Of a stretch of DNA of 64,000 nt, positions 25,291 through 38,690 are shown piece after piece. Position 1 is the stretch's first letter. Each line of letters opens with the position of its first letter. Location of the stretch: the NCBI GenBank assembly GCA_013265495.1, contig MU058153.1, forward strand, positions 1,242,001 to 1,306,000, in the 5' to 3' direction. This DNA is from Vicugna vicugna (Eukaryota). The notes under the pieces were generated by a model that had not been told where the DNA came from, did no database searches, and saw only the letters and a list, made by a program, of their open reading frames with translations. Made by a program: the position numbers and the translations under genes.

Positions 25291-27569
25291 TTTCCAGCTT
25301 ATGTAAATAAATAAAGAATTTAGCACACAAGACAGCTACAAAATACAGGAGTAAAGTTGTATCTCCTCCCAATTGCAATGCTCTTGAGCTCTAGGCTCTC
25401 AGGATATGCAGATGCTTTTAGTACAAATGTCCACTCAAATGCTTCCTTACTACCAGATTTACACACGCTTGCCATATTGAGCCTCTAGGGAATTCCTTTA
25501 CTTTCCCAGGAACTCCATCATGTACTCAAAAACAAAAAAACAAGCAAACAAAACAACCCACCATGATTCCAGGTGTGATAACCTGGGAGGGATATACATC
25601 TGTATTGCTAAACAGCATGCCTTGGTCTGGCTTTGTGTTGCTTCTGTGTTTTCTGCAGGGAGTGTTATACCAAGAGATGGTATTTTGGCATGGTTGGGGT
25701 CCTACAAAAATTTTGAAAATAACAGATTTCTTATTACACTTCTATCCATCTGTATATACTTTCTCCTAAAGATCTTCGCATTTCTGTTTAACGGCATATT
25801 TGCAAACATTCAAGTCTCCAGATTGTTTAAACAAACGGAGTCCTGGTAACATTACATCCTCAACTAGGGAATCAGGACCCAGGCTACTATTCCTATGTTT
25901 CCAGTGTCCTAAAAGCTCAGACTTTCCTCTCCTTTCCCTCTCATCGTATATATTCACCACCTGCTATGCTGTGAGCCGTCCATAGTTCTACTATGAGCCT
26001 CCTTTTGTTGGTAACATTGTACTAGTGCTCGTGGAACAGAGATGCACATGACATTGTCACCATGCCTGAGTGGTTAACAAGGCAGTTCAGCCTAGTTCAG
26101 GATAATAATAACAATTAAAAAGAAGAAATCAGCCACAGAAGCAAAACAAAGGAGGAGGAGGTTTTGAAACAAAGGAGAAAAAAAGGGTTTTTCAACTTAC
26201 TCTGAGCTTTGCACCTCTTATACAAATTCCCCACTGCTGCTCTCCACTCCCCAGCCCGGCTCCAGGAAAGCTGCCTCAGAACCCACAGCCAGCCCCAAAG
26301 CTGAGGTCCAGAGGTTGGAGGGGCTTGGCAGCCCTTCCCTGAGAAATACACGGCTTTCTCTTCTTGGTAATGGTAGTGTGGCTGCATCTTTTCCTTGAAA
26401 GAAAATTGAAGCTCGTATGAATCAAGTCAAACATTCATGCCTCATCAAACAAAAGCACAGTTTATTAAAATGTAAATGATCATATATTCATTTGGTAAAT
26501 TAAACATGACATGTCCAGGCCCATGACTTGAAAAGACTGGTTTAAACTGAAATGAACAAAACTTGTTTTGGGGGAGCAGAAGAGAGAAATTAAGGAATAA
26601 AACACAAAATGCAAATTGCTTGGAAGGTACTGAATATGAATCTTCACGAGATGGTACAGAATGTCATGGTTGTATTGCATTTGATCAAGTAACTCTTTGT
26701 TGATCAAAATTTTTGAAGGTCTAGGCTTTCCTAGCACATATATTGGTAAATTTCATAAGGCTCTTCCTAAAAGAAGTGGCCAAAGTTCTACAAATTTCCC
26801 CTTTACTTTGATTTATTTCCAGCCCTAAGTGGATAATAATAGTCTGACAGCCTACCCGCCCTTAATAACACTGCTCAGAAATCAACTTCTTGAAACTTCG
26901 TTTCACCTCCCATGGAGAAAGCCACCTTCTCTTTTTGCCATCAATTTAAATTGAACTCAATATCTATAGGGAGTATTTGTCAATTGACTTCCTAGGATCC
27001 ATATGTCATCACAACATCTTACTACCACACCTGTCCCCTTCACTAACACATATACACACATTCACACCTTTCTCTGGCCATCAATACTGTTGTCTCCCAC
27101 GAGGAATGTGCTCCTTCCCCATTGTCAACCAGGTAGTTTGGGAGAATTTACCCAAACCCAAGCTCTAAGAATTGGTCAGCACGTCCCATCCCTTTTCCCA
27201 CAACTGCTTGTTCAATGATAGGCACAAGAGCCAATGAAAGCCAGGTAAATCTTGGGTCTTGTTTGATGCCCATTGTGTGAAACATTTTATTTGAAAAATG
27301 ATCTAGGAAAAGGATGATGTGAGACTCAAAGGCTCTCTAGCCATTTTTTGATCCCAAAAGGGCTTTGGGGAAGGTTTTTTTTTGGTGGACTTTTGGGGAA
27401 GGAGCTTCTGGCAATAAGAATGATGGCATTAAAGAAAGAAAAAACTGCTCCTTGGTGCCACTGGGTCAATTCTAGCTGAGTTAACTCTACTTTTTTTTTT
27501 TTTTAGTTTGTGGTTGTGCAAGTCAATAATTATCCATTTTGTTCCATACCTTTCAATTCTATATTTTAA

Positions 27570-27690
27570 TGATTAGTAAGACCAAGGTTCTGGGAAGCTA
27601 CATATCTTGCCTGAGATCACACAAGCCAGCAAGTAGAAGACTGGAGAGTCAAAGCTAGGCAACTGGGCAAAAGACTATGCTTGACTTTAT
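27570..27690 (-). mobile_element. MIR fragment
   Basis: 'tcttgcctgagatcacacaagccagcaagtagaagactggagagtcaaagctaggc'. Confidence 0.6.
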
Positions 27691-27779
27691 CTTACCAGTT
27701 TATAGCAGAGGCAGCGTTCAGTCCCAGATCAGTCTCAGTTAAGAGTCCACATGCTTGCCATAATGCTCCCCCAAAGTTT

Positions 27780-27860
27780 TGGGAACCCAGAAGTTCTGAG
27801 TTCTCTTTCTGATTTTGCCATGAATAGTGTGTCCTTGAACAAGTAGGTTAACTCTGACCC
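27780..27860 (+). mobile_element. MIR 5' half, interrupted by L1
   Basis: 'ctgagttctctttctgattttgccatgaatagtgtgtccttgaacaagtaggttaactctg'. The likely continuation 'tcagtataatctataaaa' lies at about 29469. Confidence 0.5.
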
Positions 27861-28436
27861 TCATCAGGTTGTTGCCTTTTTGATGTTGAATTGTATGAGT
27901 TCTTTGCGTATTTTGAATATTAATCAGAGATACCATTTACAAGTATCTTCTTCCATTCAGCAGGCTGCCTTTTCATTTTGTTGATGATTTCCTTCACTGT
28001 GCAAAAGGTTTTTAGTTTGAGGTCGTCCCATTTATTTTTCACTTTAGCCTTTGTGTCCCTTGCCTGAGGAGATAAACCACCCCCCAAAAAAGATATGGCT
28101 AAGACGAATGCACTAATATGAGAGTGTACTGCCTATGTTTTCTTCTAGGAGTTTTATGGTTTCTGGTCTTAACATTTAAGTCTTAATCCATCTTGAGTTT
28201 ATTTTTGTAAATGATGTGAAAAAGTAGTTCATTTTCATTCTTTTGCATGTAGCTGTCTAGTTCTTCCAACATCATCTATTGAAGAGACTTTCTTTTCCCC
28301 ATTGTGTATTCTTGCCTCCTTTGCTGTGGAGTAATTGACTATATAAGCATGGGTTTATTTCTGGGCTCTCTATCCTGTTCCATTGACCTACGTGTCTGTT
28401 TTTGTGCTTGTACCACATAGTTTTGATTACTGTAAC
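27861..28436 (-). mobile_element. L1 ORF2 fragment (inverted segment)
   Basis: Reverse-strand ORF2 3' region: 'ctgccttttcattttgttgatgatttccttcactgtgcaaaag', 'ttcttctaggagttttatggttt', 'ttattctgggctctctatcctgttccattga'-like. Confidence 0.9.
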
Positions 28437-29432
28437 TGGGGTTAATATCTAAAATGTACAACTCAACATCCACAAAATCTGATTAAAAATTAGAAAAAAT
28501 AGGCACAGTATCTAAACAGACATTTTTCAAAAGAACATGTATAGATGTCCAGCAGACACATGAAGAGATGCTTAACATCACTGTTCATCAAGGAAGTACA
28601 GTCAAAATCACAGTGAGTTACCATTGCATACCATCATCAAAAAAAGGACAATAAATAACAAGTGCTGGTGAAGATGTGGTGAAGAAAGAAACTTCATGCA
28701 CTGTTGACGAAAATGTAAATTAGTGCTAACACTATGGAAAATGGTATGGAGGCTCCTCAAAAAATTAAGAAGAGAACTACCATGTGATCCAGCAATTACA
28801 CTTCTGGGTATTTACCTAAAGAAAACAAAATCACAAGTTTGAAAAGATACAGGCACCCCAGTGTTCACTGCAGCATTATCTACAATAGCCAAGATAAGGA
28901 CGTGATCTAAATGTTCATCAGTCGATAAATAAGATGTGCTATATATATGTGTGTCTGTGTATATATAGGTATATATACATATATCCAATGAAATGTTACT
29001 CAGCCATAAAACAATGAAACCTTGCCATTTGCAACCACATGAATGAATCTGAAGAGTATTATGTTAAGTGAAATAAGTCAGGCAATCACAAATGCTATAT
29101 GACCTCACTTGTATGTGGAATCTAAAAAAAAACCCAAATAAAGCAAAAACAGATTCAGAGATACGGGAACAAATGACTAGTTGTCAGAGGGTAGGGCAGT
29201 GGCACGTGAGCAAAATAGGTGAAGTGGATTAAAAGATACAGAGCTCTAGTTATATAATAAATAAGCCATGAGGATTTAATATACATCATAAGGAATATGC
29301 TTAATCATGTTGTAATAACTTTGTGTAAGGGCAGATGGTTACCAGACTTACAACGCTGATCATAGCATAATGGATGCAAATGTTAAATCACTAGGCAATA
29401 CAACCGAAATGAACATAATATGGTATAGCAAC
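28437..29432 (+). mobile_element. L1 ORF2 C-terminus and 3' UTR (L1MA9-like)
   Basis: 'aacagacatttttcaaaagaa', 'cacatgaagagatgcttaacatcact', 'gaactaccatgtgatccagcaattacacttctgggtattta'; 3' UTR 'cagatggttaccagactta...aatgttaaatcacta'. Confidence 0.9.
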
Positions 29433-29699
29433 GTTTTGTTTGTTCTTTTTTTTTGAGTCCATGCCCATCAGTATAATCTATAAAAAGAAAAGTTTAGGAC
29501 TTAGCATTTAGTCACAGAAAGATAGTTTTGAAAAACTGTTTACTGTAGATATGTTTATGTTAGAAATACCATTTGGGTTTGCTGTCAGTAGAATGGAATT
29601 GGAAATGAATTTGTATTAGTCTTCTTTTCGTATTTTGAGGAAATGTACTTGGTTGCTTCAGTACGTCTTTACAGTTGTGTCTGTAGAAAGGCTTTCCCC

Positions 29700-29835
29700 A
29701 TGCATTCATCATTCATTCATTCAGTCATTCACTCTCAAGCCTGTTATATATGCCCTGTATTGTTTTAGGTTCTGGGGGTACAGCAGGTGAAAATGCCATA
29801 GCCCCTGCTCTCATGAATCATCTTTTCTAGTGCAT
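29700..29835 (-). mobile_element. L2 3' terminus
   Basis: 'cattcatcattcattcattcagtcattc...ttttaggttctgggggtacagcaggtgaaaa...ccctgctctcatgaa'. Confidence 0.75.
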
Positions 29836-32019
29836 AATATGTGGGTTGAAAAGATCTAGAGGTTTTATTTAAATATGCTGAAGTTTTTGTGAACTAATTG
29901 TTGCTTACCTCAGCTTATTGCAGATGTATTTCAAATATGATGTGACTGTGGACTGAAGGATGTACACTTCCCTTAGGTTTGGTGGATGCATATCATATAT
30001 TAACACAAGAAAGCTCATCCAGATCACCCAGAGTACTATCTCAACTGATGGAGATATTCTTTCTCTGGATACTTCTTAAGAAGTTTCACTGAAGTCTCTC
30101 TTTCTCCACTTCCTCCACTGTATTACTCACAGACCTAAAATGTTTTCCTGGATCATTACTCTTTATTTTAACTCTTTTCTGTATCATGAGCTGATTTTAA
30201 TTTCAAGCCCAGGCTTTTGTAGGAGAGAAACTATATATTGCTAACATGGAGCACAATGGTTGATGTATAATGTTTACTCAAGTAACAAAAGAGTGAATGC
30301 AATTCAATTCAAGTTGCTGTCGTTGACCCCACTGAAGCCACCAACCACTTCTGGGATTGGAATATTTGAGGGAGAGAGAACCACCCCAGATATTCCAACT
30401 ATTGAAATGACTGTTGCAGTTGCCCTGCTGCTTTCTTTTCTTAGCTTTTCCCTCCTGTGAAAGTGCATTGCTGCTGGAAGGAACTTGACTATAAGGCAGA
30501 GGCAGTGAAAGCTCTTTATCTGTCTCCAATCCTCAACAGCCCAACAGCCTCTGCAGGCATAATGCAAACTTTGTGTCGTGTTATGGATGTGATTCAACTT
30601 TCACCTGGCACAAACAGCTCAAGGGGTGAAGGGTACTCAGCACACCTGCAGGTGGCTGGTCTTGCTCTGTGGCACCAACAACAGGGACTCCTAGTGTTGA
30701 AGGCTTTGTGTAATGGACATCAGGCTATGGCAGTAAAATTCTTCCCAAACTCTCACCCCCAAGTAGAGCCTTGTGAATCACCATTTGTCTTCTCTCATGA
30801 AGGTTCTGCTTTGTCTCTAATGTATCTGCTCCAACTCAGAATGGAGAGAGGCAGTTTTTTTCCAGCTTGGATAGATCGACTGTATAATATAATCATTAAA
30901 CATCTTACAACTGGTCTGAATTTGAAGGTGTTGGAAAATTCACAGGAGGCCATTCTTTGTGTGATTTTGGAATTATTGCCAATTACAGATTAGAGCACGG
31001 CAGTGTCTGTAATACCATTTAATGAGGCATAATGCTTCCTTTTGTCATTTTTTTCCCTTTGATTGAGATGGGCACCCTTAAGCCTGCTGACAGATTTCTG
31101 AGTGCCGACAATCACCACTCCAGCAGATGAGAAGGAGTACAACGATGCTGCAAATGAGAGCCAATGAGAACGATAGATCTTTAAATAAATTGCATAAGGC
31201 TTCCAAATAGGATGTAATTGGAAGGTATTCATCAAATTTTGCATTTGGACTCACTAGTAACAAGTACTAAAACACTGAATAAGAGAACCCTTATCAAATA
31301 GAACGCAGTGGTTGTGTATATGCATACGGAGGGGGAAAGGTCACAGAAATACTCAGCGGCTAGTTTCCCCAGACCTAGAGACAATTACTGAGAAGAGTAT
31401 AGAGGCTTTATATTTCTCACACCTAGAGCGTCTGTGTGTGTGTGCCACTGCCTAGGCTCTTTGGATCTCCCTTACTTTAAATTTCCAAAGAATGTGCTGA
31501 TAAACTATAGCCAGTCATAGGAACAGATATTGTAATAGGATGTACAAACAAAACATGTGGAAGTAAATTCGCCTCTCATTTTTTGTTCTTTGAAAGCCAA
31601 GTAAAGGTGAATACATTAGAATATAGTAATCATTCAGTATGGTTGGATCCCATGGGATTTTTTTTTTTTGAGTTTTCTAAGTAATTAGGAATTCTACATT
31701 TCTTAATCTTTTTGTAGATTGCTGAAATTGACATGTATGGAAACAGACCAGAATGTAGTCGGATCCAATGTTAGAAGACAGGTTTTAGACGCATCGTGAA
31801 CAGCCTCGATGGTCATTGAAGAAGTCTAATATTATGGAGGGGGGAAGGTGTCAACAAGAAAAGGGGAGGCTGAGTCAGCAGTTGAATTCCAGTTTGGAGG
31901 AAGATTTGATCATGGACGTGGTCAGCCATCTCTGTGAAGTTGGTGATTGTTTTTTGTTGAATAAACCTGTAGCTAGAAAAAATTTTTTTTAATTAAATAT
32001 TTATATGAAGGACAGAAAA

Positions 32020-32440
32020 CCTGGAATTATAAGGTTTAAGTATGATAGTGGCTTATTTCTGCTGTACATAAACATATCCTGTCCATGACTAGAAATGAAG
32101 AATCTGTCATCATCCAGGACCCAACTTCGTCATCCTCAACATATGTCTTACTTTTTTTATCTTGTATGGTTGCTCCCTTCCAGTGATAATAGTTCCATTC
32201 GAGCCTCTCAGAAAGAAAGAAAGCAAAAGGAAATTCGCTGTCCTTTGAAGACTGTCTCGTAGAAGTTGCACAACCACTTTAGTTTACATTCTTTTAACCA
32301 AAACATGGCTATATCTATCTGCAAAAAAACAAAGAGAAAGGTAATTTTTGTTCTACTTAGACACATGGTTAGGTAACAGTTGTGAATTATGTTGCTGTAG
32401 AAGAAAAGGAGAAAGGACACTACAAGAAAATAGTGATTTA
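32020..32440 (-). mobile_element. Old MaLR LTR (MLT1-like)
   Basis: 'ccaggacccaacttcgtcatcctcaacatatg...atggttgctcc...cctttgaagactgtctcgtagaagttgcacaaccactttagtttacattc'. Confidence 0.45.
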
Positions 32441-33209
32441 TTCACTAAGATAAAGCATCACTTTTTATTTTCGATTTTACGCAGCACAGTGTCAAATCTC
32501 TGCACTTAAATGGTGGATTTAATCAAAGACAAAGACCCGCCAGGAGGAGAGAAGAGTTAAGATCTCGGAATGGTTCTTTGTTAGTGATTAGTGTCCAAGC
32601 TAGAAGAATGGAGATAGAAGGCTCTGTGGATTGAAGTTTCATTGAAGAGGTAGGGGGTAAAAAAAAACTGGTGACTCTCTGGTTGCAGAGTATAAAAGAA
32701 CTGAAGTTAACACTCATTCTTATTTTCTCAGTCCAGATATGGTGGCATACTTGACAGAGGAAATTTGATTTGGATCAGGTGAAGGGAGAAATGCCTAAGG
32801 GACATTCATGCTGGCTAAATAGTCAAGTGCTTGGGATAAAGGATGCAAATGGCTTACCCTAAAGGAGATCCTAAATCTAGTAGCTGGAAATAGTCAGCTG
32901 AGTGAATGAGTTTTTCTTTTTAATAGAAACGTGCCTTCATCATACAGTTAGAGCAACTGCATCTCTTAATTGTGTATTTATGTAAGGAGTGCACTTTCTT
33001 CTTGAGGATAACATTCTATAGTTTTCTAACTTTCTTTTGTAATTTTACCAGGTGTTTTTCTGCTTCATCTCTACTGATATGAAATTTATTTCATCGCTCT
33101 TTTTAAAAAAATTCCTTTTAAAATTTATCTGTAACTAACTTTTTTTTTTTCAGAAGATACATGAAAGCTGAAAATTCTGAGCCAGTGACCCTTAAAAATG
33201 TCCTTATTT

Positions 33210-33700
33210 TGAACAAATGTTGGTAAGGATATGGAGAAAAGAGAACGCCTGTATACCATTGGTGGGAATGTAAATTGGTACAGCCACTATGCAAAACAGC
33301 ATGGAGGTTCCTCAAAAAGCTAAAAACAAAACATCCATATGAGCCAGGAATTCCACTCCTGGTTATATATCCAAAGAAAATGAAAACACTAATTTGAAAA
33401 GATACATGCACCTCAGTGTTCATAGCAGCACTATTTATGACATTAAGCAACCCAAATGTCCATCAACAAATGAATGGATAAAGATGTGAAATATATATAT
33501 ATACACATATACAATGATATATCAGTCAGTCATAAAAAATAGTAAAATTTTGTCATTTGCAGCCATGTGGATGAACCTGCAGAGTATTATGCTTAATGAA
33601 ACAAATTAGACGGAGGTAACATACAAATACTGTATGTTATCACTTATTCCTGAAATCTAAAAAATAAGACAAATATGGAACAGATATAGAAAACAAACAG
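33210..33700 (+). mobile_element. L1 ORF2 C-terminal fragment
   Basis: 'aacaaatgttggtaaggatatggagaaaagagaac...ggtgggaatgtaaattggtacagccactatg...aaagatacatgcacctcagtgttcatagcagcactattt'. Confidence 0.9.
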
Positions 33701-36244
33701 GCAATTTTGTTTATCTTGAGGAAAGAAATATTACCCTTTCTTTCTCTCTGTTGTCTTTAGTCTCTCTCACTTAGGTGTCCTTTGGAGCCCTGAGATTTTC
33801 TGAACTAACTTCTCCCATATTTCCTATCCCTTTTTCCCTCTTGCTCTGTGTTCTGGAAAGTTTTCCTTAACTTTTACCTTTCAGATATCCAGGTAGATAA
33901 TCAAGTTCAGGATTCCACTCAAATTGTATTGATAATCATAATTTGGGTTCATAGCATCATCACTTTTAATATATTGCTGCAATATACATATAGATAATAT
34001 TCATTTAAATTAAACTTCCTTCCAGCTATTGTTTGTTCACCTAGAGTACTGTCTTTTGCATTTGTTTTTAATTTATGGTAATCCTTAGTTGATGATTTAT
34101 ACACCTTTAAAGGGAAAGTCTAGACTGATTAATGTAAGTAGTGGGCATTGGTTTCTTCTGCAATTGGGTGAGCATTTTTCTCCTCCATTTTTCAAGTGAA
34201 AGGAGGTCATATGCTTATAGAATGAAACCAAAAGCTACAAGTCTCAAGAATGTCTAGTTGGGTATTGAGAACATGGAATTATCAGAGTTAGGCAATTCCA
34301 ACCTCCTAGCTGGAGCATTTACCATGCATCAATCTCAATGCCACCTTTGCATACTAATGTGGCCATTAATATTCATCTCCACGCAGTTTAAAATTTGCAG
34401 GTAAAATGAACTGGCCAGCACAGAGAGAAAAAAAAATGCCCAGAATACAGTTCTGCACTATTTATTTCAATTACAGGTCTGAGGTAAGAGTACCAATGTC
34501 ACCAATATAGGGAGTTGCAAAGGGACATTTAAAGGAGAGTATCATACAAGGTTTTGATGAATTCTGGAGGCAACAGTGTCTGCAAAAAGAGAATGTTCCT
34601 GGGGAAAGGTGATAGAATGGACCTTTTCTCTCGGTCATAGGAGTGTAAAATGAAATTAGGACTCAGGGAAAAGAGAATAGGGACTGATGACCCATTCAAG
34701 CATGAAATATTAAGTACTTGGGAAATAGGAACCCAGTCTCTCCTCATTTTACTTTCCCTTCCTCTCTTAGGGAATCTCAAACCTATCGCTGAAATAAATA
34801 AGGTGGAAGCACACTTTGGGAGCATTACGTAAGTCTGGCCATGTTACCTAGCTTCCTGCCTGAAGGCAGAACTAGTTAAATAATTTTGGACAGATGGATG
34901 CCCAGCCCTGGAGATCAGGGACACTATTAGGAGTGAGGATGGACACAGAAGCAGTACGTCAGCCTGCTTCCATCTGAAACTAGTGAATACCTCGTTTTGT
35001 ACAAAGGCAGTAACCGTGCTGTTCAAATGATACGGCATGATTCCACGGTAGGAGGTGGACTTCAGGAGTCCCTTTTTCCCCTATGGTCCAGGTAGGTTGT
35101 ATTTTAAGGCATGAACTTGTTACCTGGGGTCATTTTGGAGGTAAATTACTTTTATACAAGTGTGGGCAAGTAATTAAAGTCAGTCGTGCTCCATTTTTGT
35201 TGCTGTGATACGTATGGCAGATGACCTCCCCCCACACAATACACCCCAAGCTTTGTGCAGTTTCTGACATACAGTTCCCATTTTAGAGGACAGTGAATAG
35301 CATTGCACTTTACCCCTCCAATTTTGGAACCATTTGAGAGTTGAAATAGGTATCAAATATCAGCTTTACTACTGATAAAGATATATTGGAGAATAAACAT
35401 ATGGATTTTTTAAAATTCTCTCCACTGCAGTCTGATTCAGCTCACTGAAGAATGAGGCTACTGATTAGATATGTACCTGGAAAGAGAAAGCTACAAGGGA
35501 AGGGTCTGCTTCATCACACTGAACCCCAATAGCAGGGTTAGAGAGCGATGAGTATTCAGGTATTCACATAGAAGACAAACAACAGTCTTGACCTAGATAC
35601 ACAGACCATATTAAATCAAGATCAACAGAAGATGTGCACACTCTCAGGGCAGGCAAGTTCTAAAGGGAGATCCTAGAAGAGGTTAAATTGAGCGAGTTCT
35701 TTCTCCCATCTGTGCCTTTCAGATAAATTGCATTTTGTTCCATAAGATGAAGCAAATAATCTCTTCCCAACACTTCCCAAGTAATGAATGTTCTTACTGT
35801 AGATGCAAAAGTCGAAGGGCTAAAAGAAAAAGAAAAATATTTTCCCTACGTTTTCTCCCTATGACTCAAGCTATAGCGCTGTCACGTTAGAAAGGATAGT
35901 AGAGCACGAGCGAGGATGACAAGATTACAGAGACATCGCTAAGTATTATCTAGAATAGTACTTTGACTATGGTGAGTTACACATGAATTACAACTACCTT
36001 ACAGCTCTTGGTGAAGAACCACTTGCTTGTCTAAGCAAAAAGAATGCTATCAGGTGATGTTTCATAATCATATTGATAAAGCACGAGGGAAAGATTCTCC
36101 ATTAAAAACATTTAAGTTGGAAGAGAATAAAATGGTAAAGATAGAAGATCCATTAATCTCAGATCCTCCTTTCTAGCACTGCTCATTAAAGAATAACCAG
36201 GCTTCCAGAGGTCTTTGCTGTTTATGGCTGTAATATTTTTAACA

Positions 36245-37460
36245 TTTTTATTGAGATATAGTTCATATGCCATAAAATTGACCCTTTTAAAGTGTACAAT
36301 TCAGAGATTTTAGTATATTCACAGAGTTGTGTAACCACCACCTAAGCCTAAATTTTGAACATTTTTATCACCTCCAAAATAGTTGTTGTGCCAATTAGCA
36401 GTTATTCCCTGCCAAACCAGTCTTAGGTGGCCACTAATCTATTTTATTCCTCTGTAGATTTTCCTATTCTGTACATTTCGTATAATATGCAGGTATACAC
36501 TTTTCATTTGCTTCTGGATATGGTTTGCTAGTGTTTTGTTAACATTTTATACATTTTTTTTCATAAAGGATATTGATCTGTAGTTTTTCCCTTGGAATAT
36601 CTTTTTTAGGTTTTGGTATCAGGGTAATATGGAGTTCTAAAATGGGATGGGAAATTGTCCCTCTCCTTGTAATTTTAGAAAACTTTCTTATTAATAGAGT
36701 TGGCTGTAGTTTTTTTTTTCAGTGTCTGGTAGAATTCACCAGCCATATGGGCTGGGCTTTTATTCATGGGCAGTTTTAAATTATTAATTCAACCTCTTTA
36801 GTTGTTATGGTTCAATTCAGACTTGACTTTTATGTCATTCTAGTAGTTTGTATTCTTTAGGAATTTGTCCATTTCATTAGCATAGCTATTCGTGTTGTTC
36901 CCACAAAATCTTCATTGTTTCTGCCAGATTAGTAGTGACATCCATCTTTCATTCTTGATTTCAGTAATTAGACCCTTCTCTCTCCTTTTTAAAGTAAATA
37001 TTTGTGAATTTTGTTAAACTTTGCAAAGAATCAGTCTTTTGATTCCTTATTTTTTTCAATTTTTTATTTATTTTACATATTTCTGTTCCAATCTTTATCA
37101 TTGTCTTCCTTCTGCTTACTTTGAGTTTAGTTTCTTTAGGTGTTAGTATATTGATTCATTTTTTTAAAAAAAATACAGACCTTATATTTAGACTTTCTTT
37201 GAGCACAGCTTTTCCTGCATCCCACTGATTTGGTATGTTGTATATTCATTTTCATTTATCTTAAGGGATTTTCTAATTTTCTTGTAATTTTTTTCTTTGA
37301 CCCAATGAATCTCAGGAGTGTGTTGTTTAATTTCAACACATTTGTGAATTTCCCAAATTTCCTTCTGTTGTTGATTTCTAGTTTAACTCCATTGTGGTTG
37401 GAGATCATACTTTGTATGATTTCAACCCTTAAAATATAGTGAGGTATGCTTTAAGGCCTT
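36245..37460 (-). mobile_element. L1MB/MC-like 3' end joined to an ORF2 fragment
   Basis: 3' UTR 'tttattgagatatagttcatatgccataaaattgacccttttaaagtgtacaattcag' runs to about 36490. ORF2 phrases follow ('ggttttggtatcagggtaat', 'ttggtatgttgtatattcattttcattt'), implying an internal deletion or two fragments. Confidence 0.85.
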
Positions 37461-38489
37461 ATAGCTATAATATTCTGAGTTTTATAAATGTGCAATTCTT
37501 CCTAACAGGCTTCATGACTGTTTTTAACTAAATGATTTCAAACTAAAGACAATGCCAGTATACTCTTATTTATACATGCATCAGAAAACCTGTTCCCTTA
37601 GTTCAGTTCTGAAGAATAGGTTTGGGCAAGTCACTTAAGCACAGTGCAACTTTGTTTCCCCAGAATCTGTAGCTAATATTTATATCTATATTAATAATAA
37701 CATATTAAATAATTAATGTTTGTACTTTATGCTATTATTTATATGTACATATATACCCATACATATATATATTATATTATGTACACTTCTTTTTCTTTTT
37801 CTTGAAGAAACAGAAATATATTTTATTTGTTTAATCCTAATTAACAGCCAAACTGTTTAACACATATACACAAAAGCTATGGACTGGAAGTTCATTTACA
37901 TCAATATTTTTCCTGTTATCTCTACTGAGCATGAAGGTTAGATATTATTAATTAACTAAGCAAGCATAGATAGAGACAAAAATAGTTGGGGGAGGGAACA
38001 GCGTATTTTATGAATGGGTCTTCTCCATGACCTCTGTCCTACATCTGCACACATGTAATAATGAAATGTAGCTATAGTAATAATTTATTGTTGGAGTTAT
38101 TCTGTTTCTGATGATGAATACAATTAGTGAGACATATCAAAAATAATGCCCCGTATAAGAAGTATACACCCATAAGGATAATTAACCAAAGTTTATTGAA
38201 GACCCAAGGTATCTGTCAAAGTGAAGATTAAACTTGAATTTCATCCTGCTCATGTCTCTCCGGGTGAGTTTGGAGAGCTTACCCCTTAGGTGAAAATATC
38301 TCTCTCCAGATAATTAGCTTTCACTGAGCTTCACTGCTGTTTGCTTTCTCTTCTCGAGTGCACCTACTGTATTTATACGGCGCAAATGTGTAATTTAAGG
38401 TAGTGCTGCTCCCTTTTCACCAGCGATGTCATCAAAGTTTTACTAGCTAAGGGCATTACTCCCCATCCACGCCTAGAGTGGAGCATGGG

Positions 38490-38690
38490 TTCGTGGAAGC
38501 AGAGACATAATTGGAAGTCACAGGCACCTGGCTAGGAAAGTCGTTGTCAAAACCCGATTTTGCTCTTAGCTAAACAAGTGATCCTGGACAATTTGTTTAA
38601 CTTTTGGGGCCTCGGTTTTCCCTATCTCAAAAATAAAGGGTTTCGATGAGATTATCACTAAAAACCCACTAAGAATTTTTTGACTCCGTG
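38490..38690 (+). mobile_element. MIR SINE
   Basis: 'gtgatcctggacaatttgtttaacttttggggcctcggttttccctatctcaaaaataaaggg'. Confidence 0.7.

Noticed and set aside
24916..25378. 111-aa and 117-aa Y/I/C/V-rich ORFs
   Set aside because: They derive from the (TA/CA)n tract and the MLT2 LTR.
30463..30480. GTGCATTGCTG, resembling the start of miR-33b
   Set aside because: Only the first 11 nt match and there is no hairpin partner.
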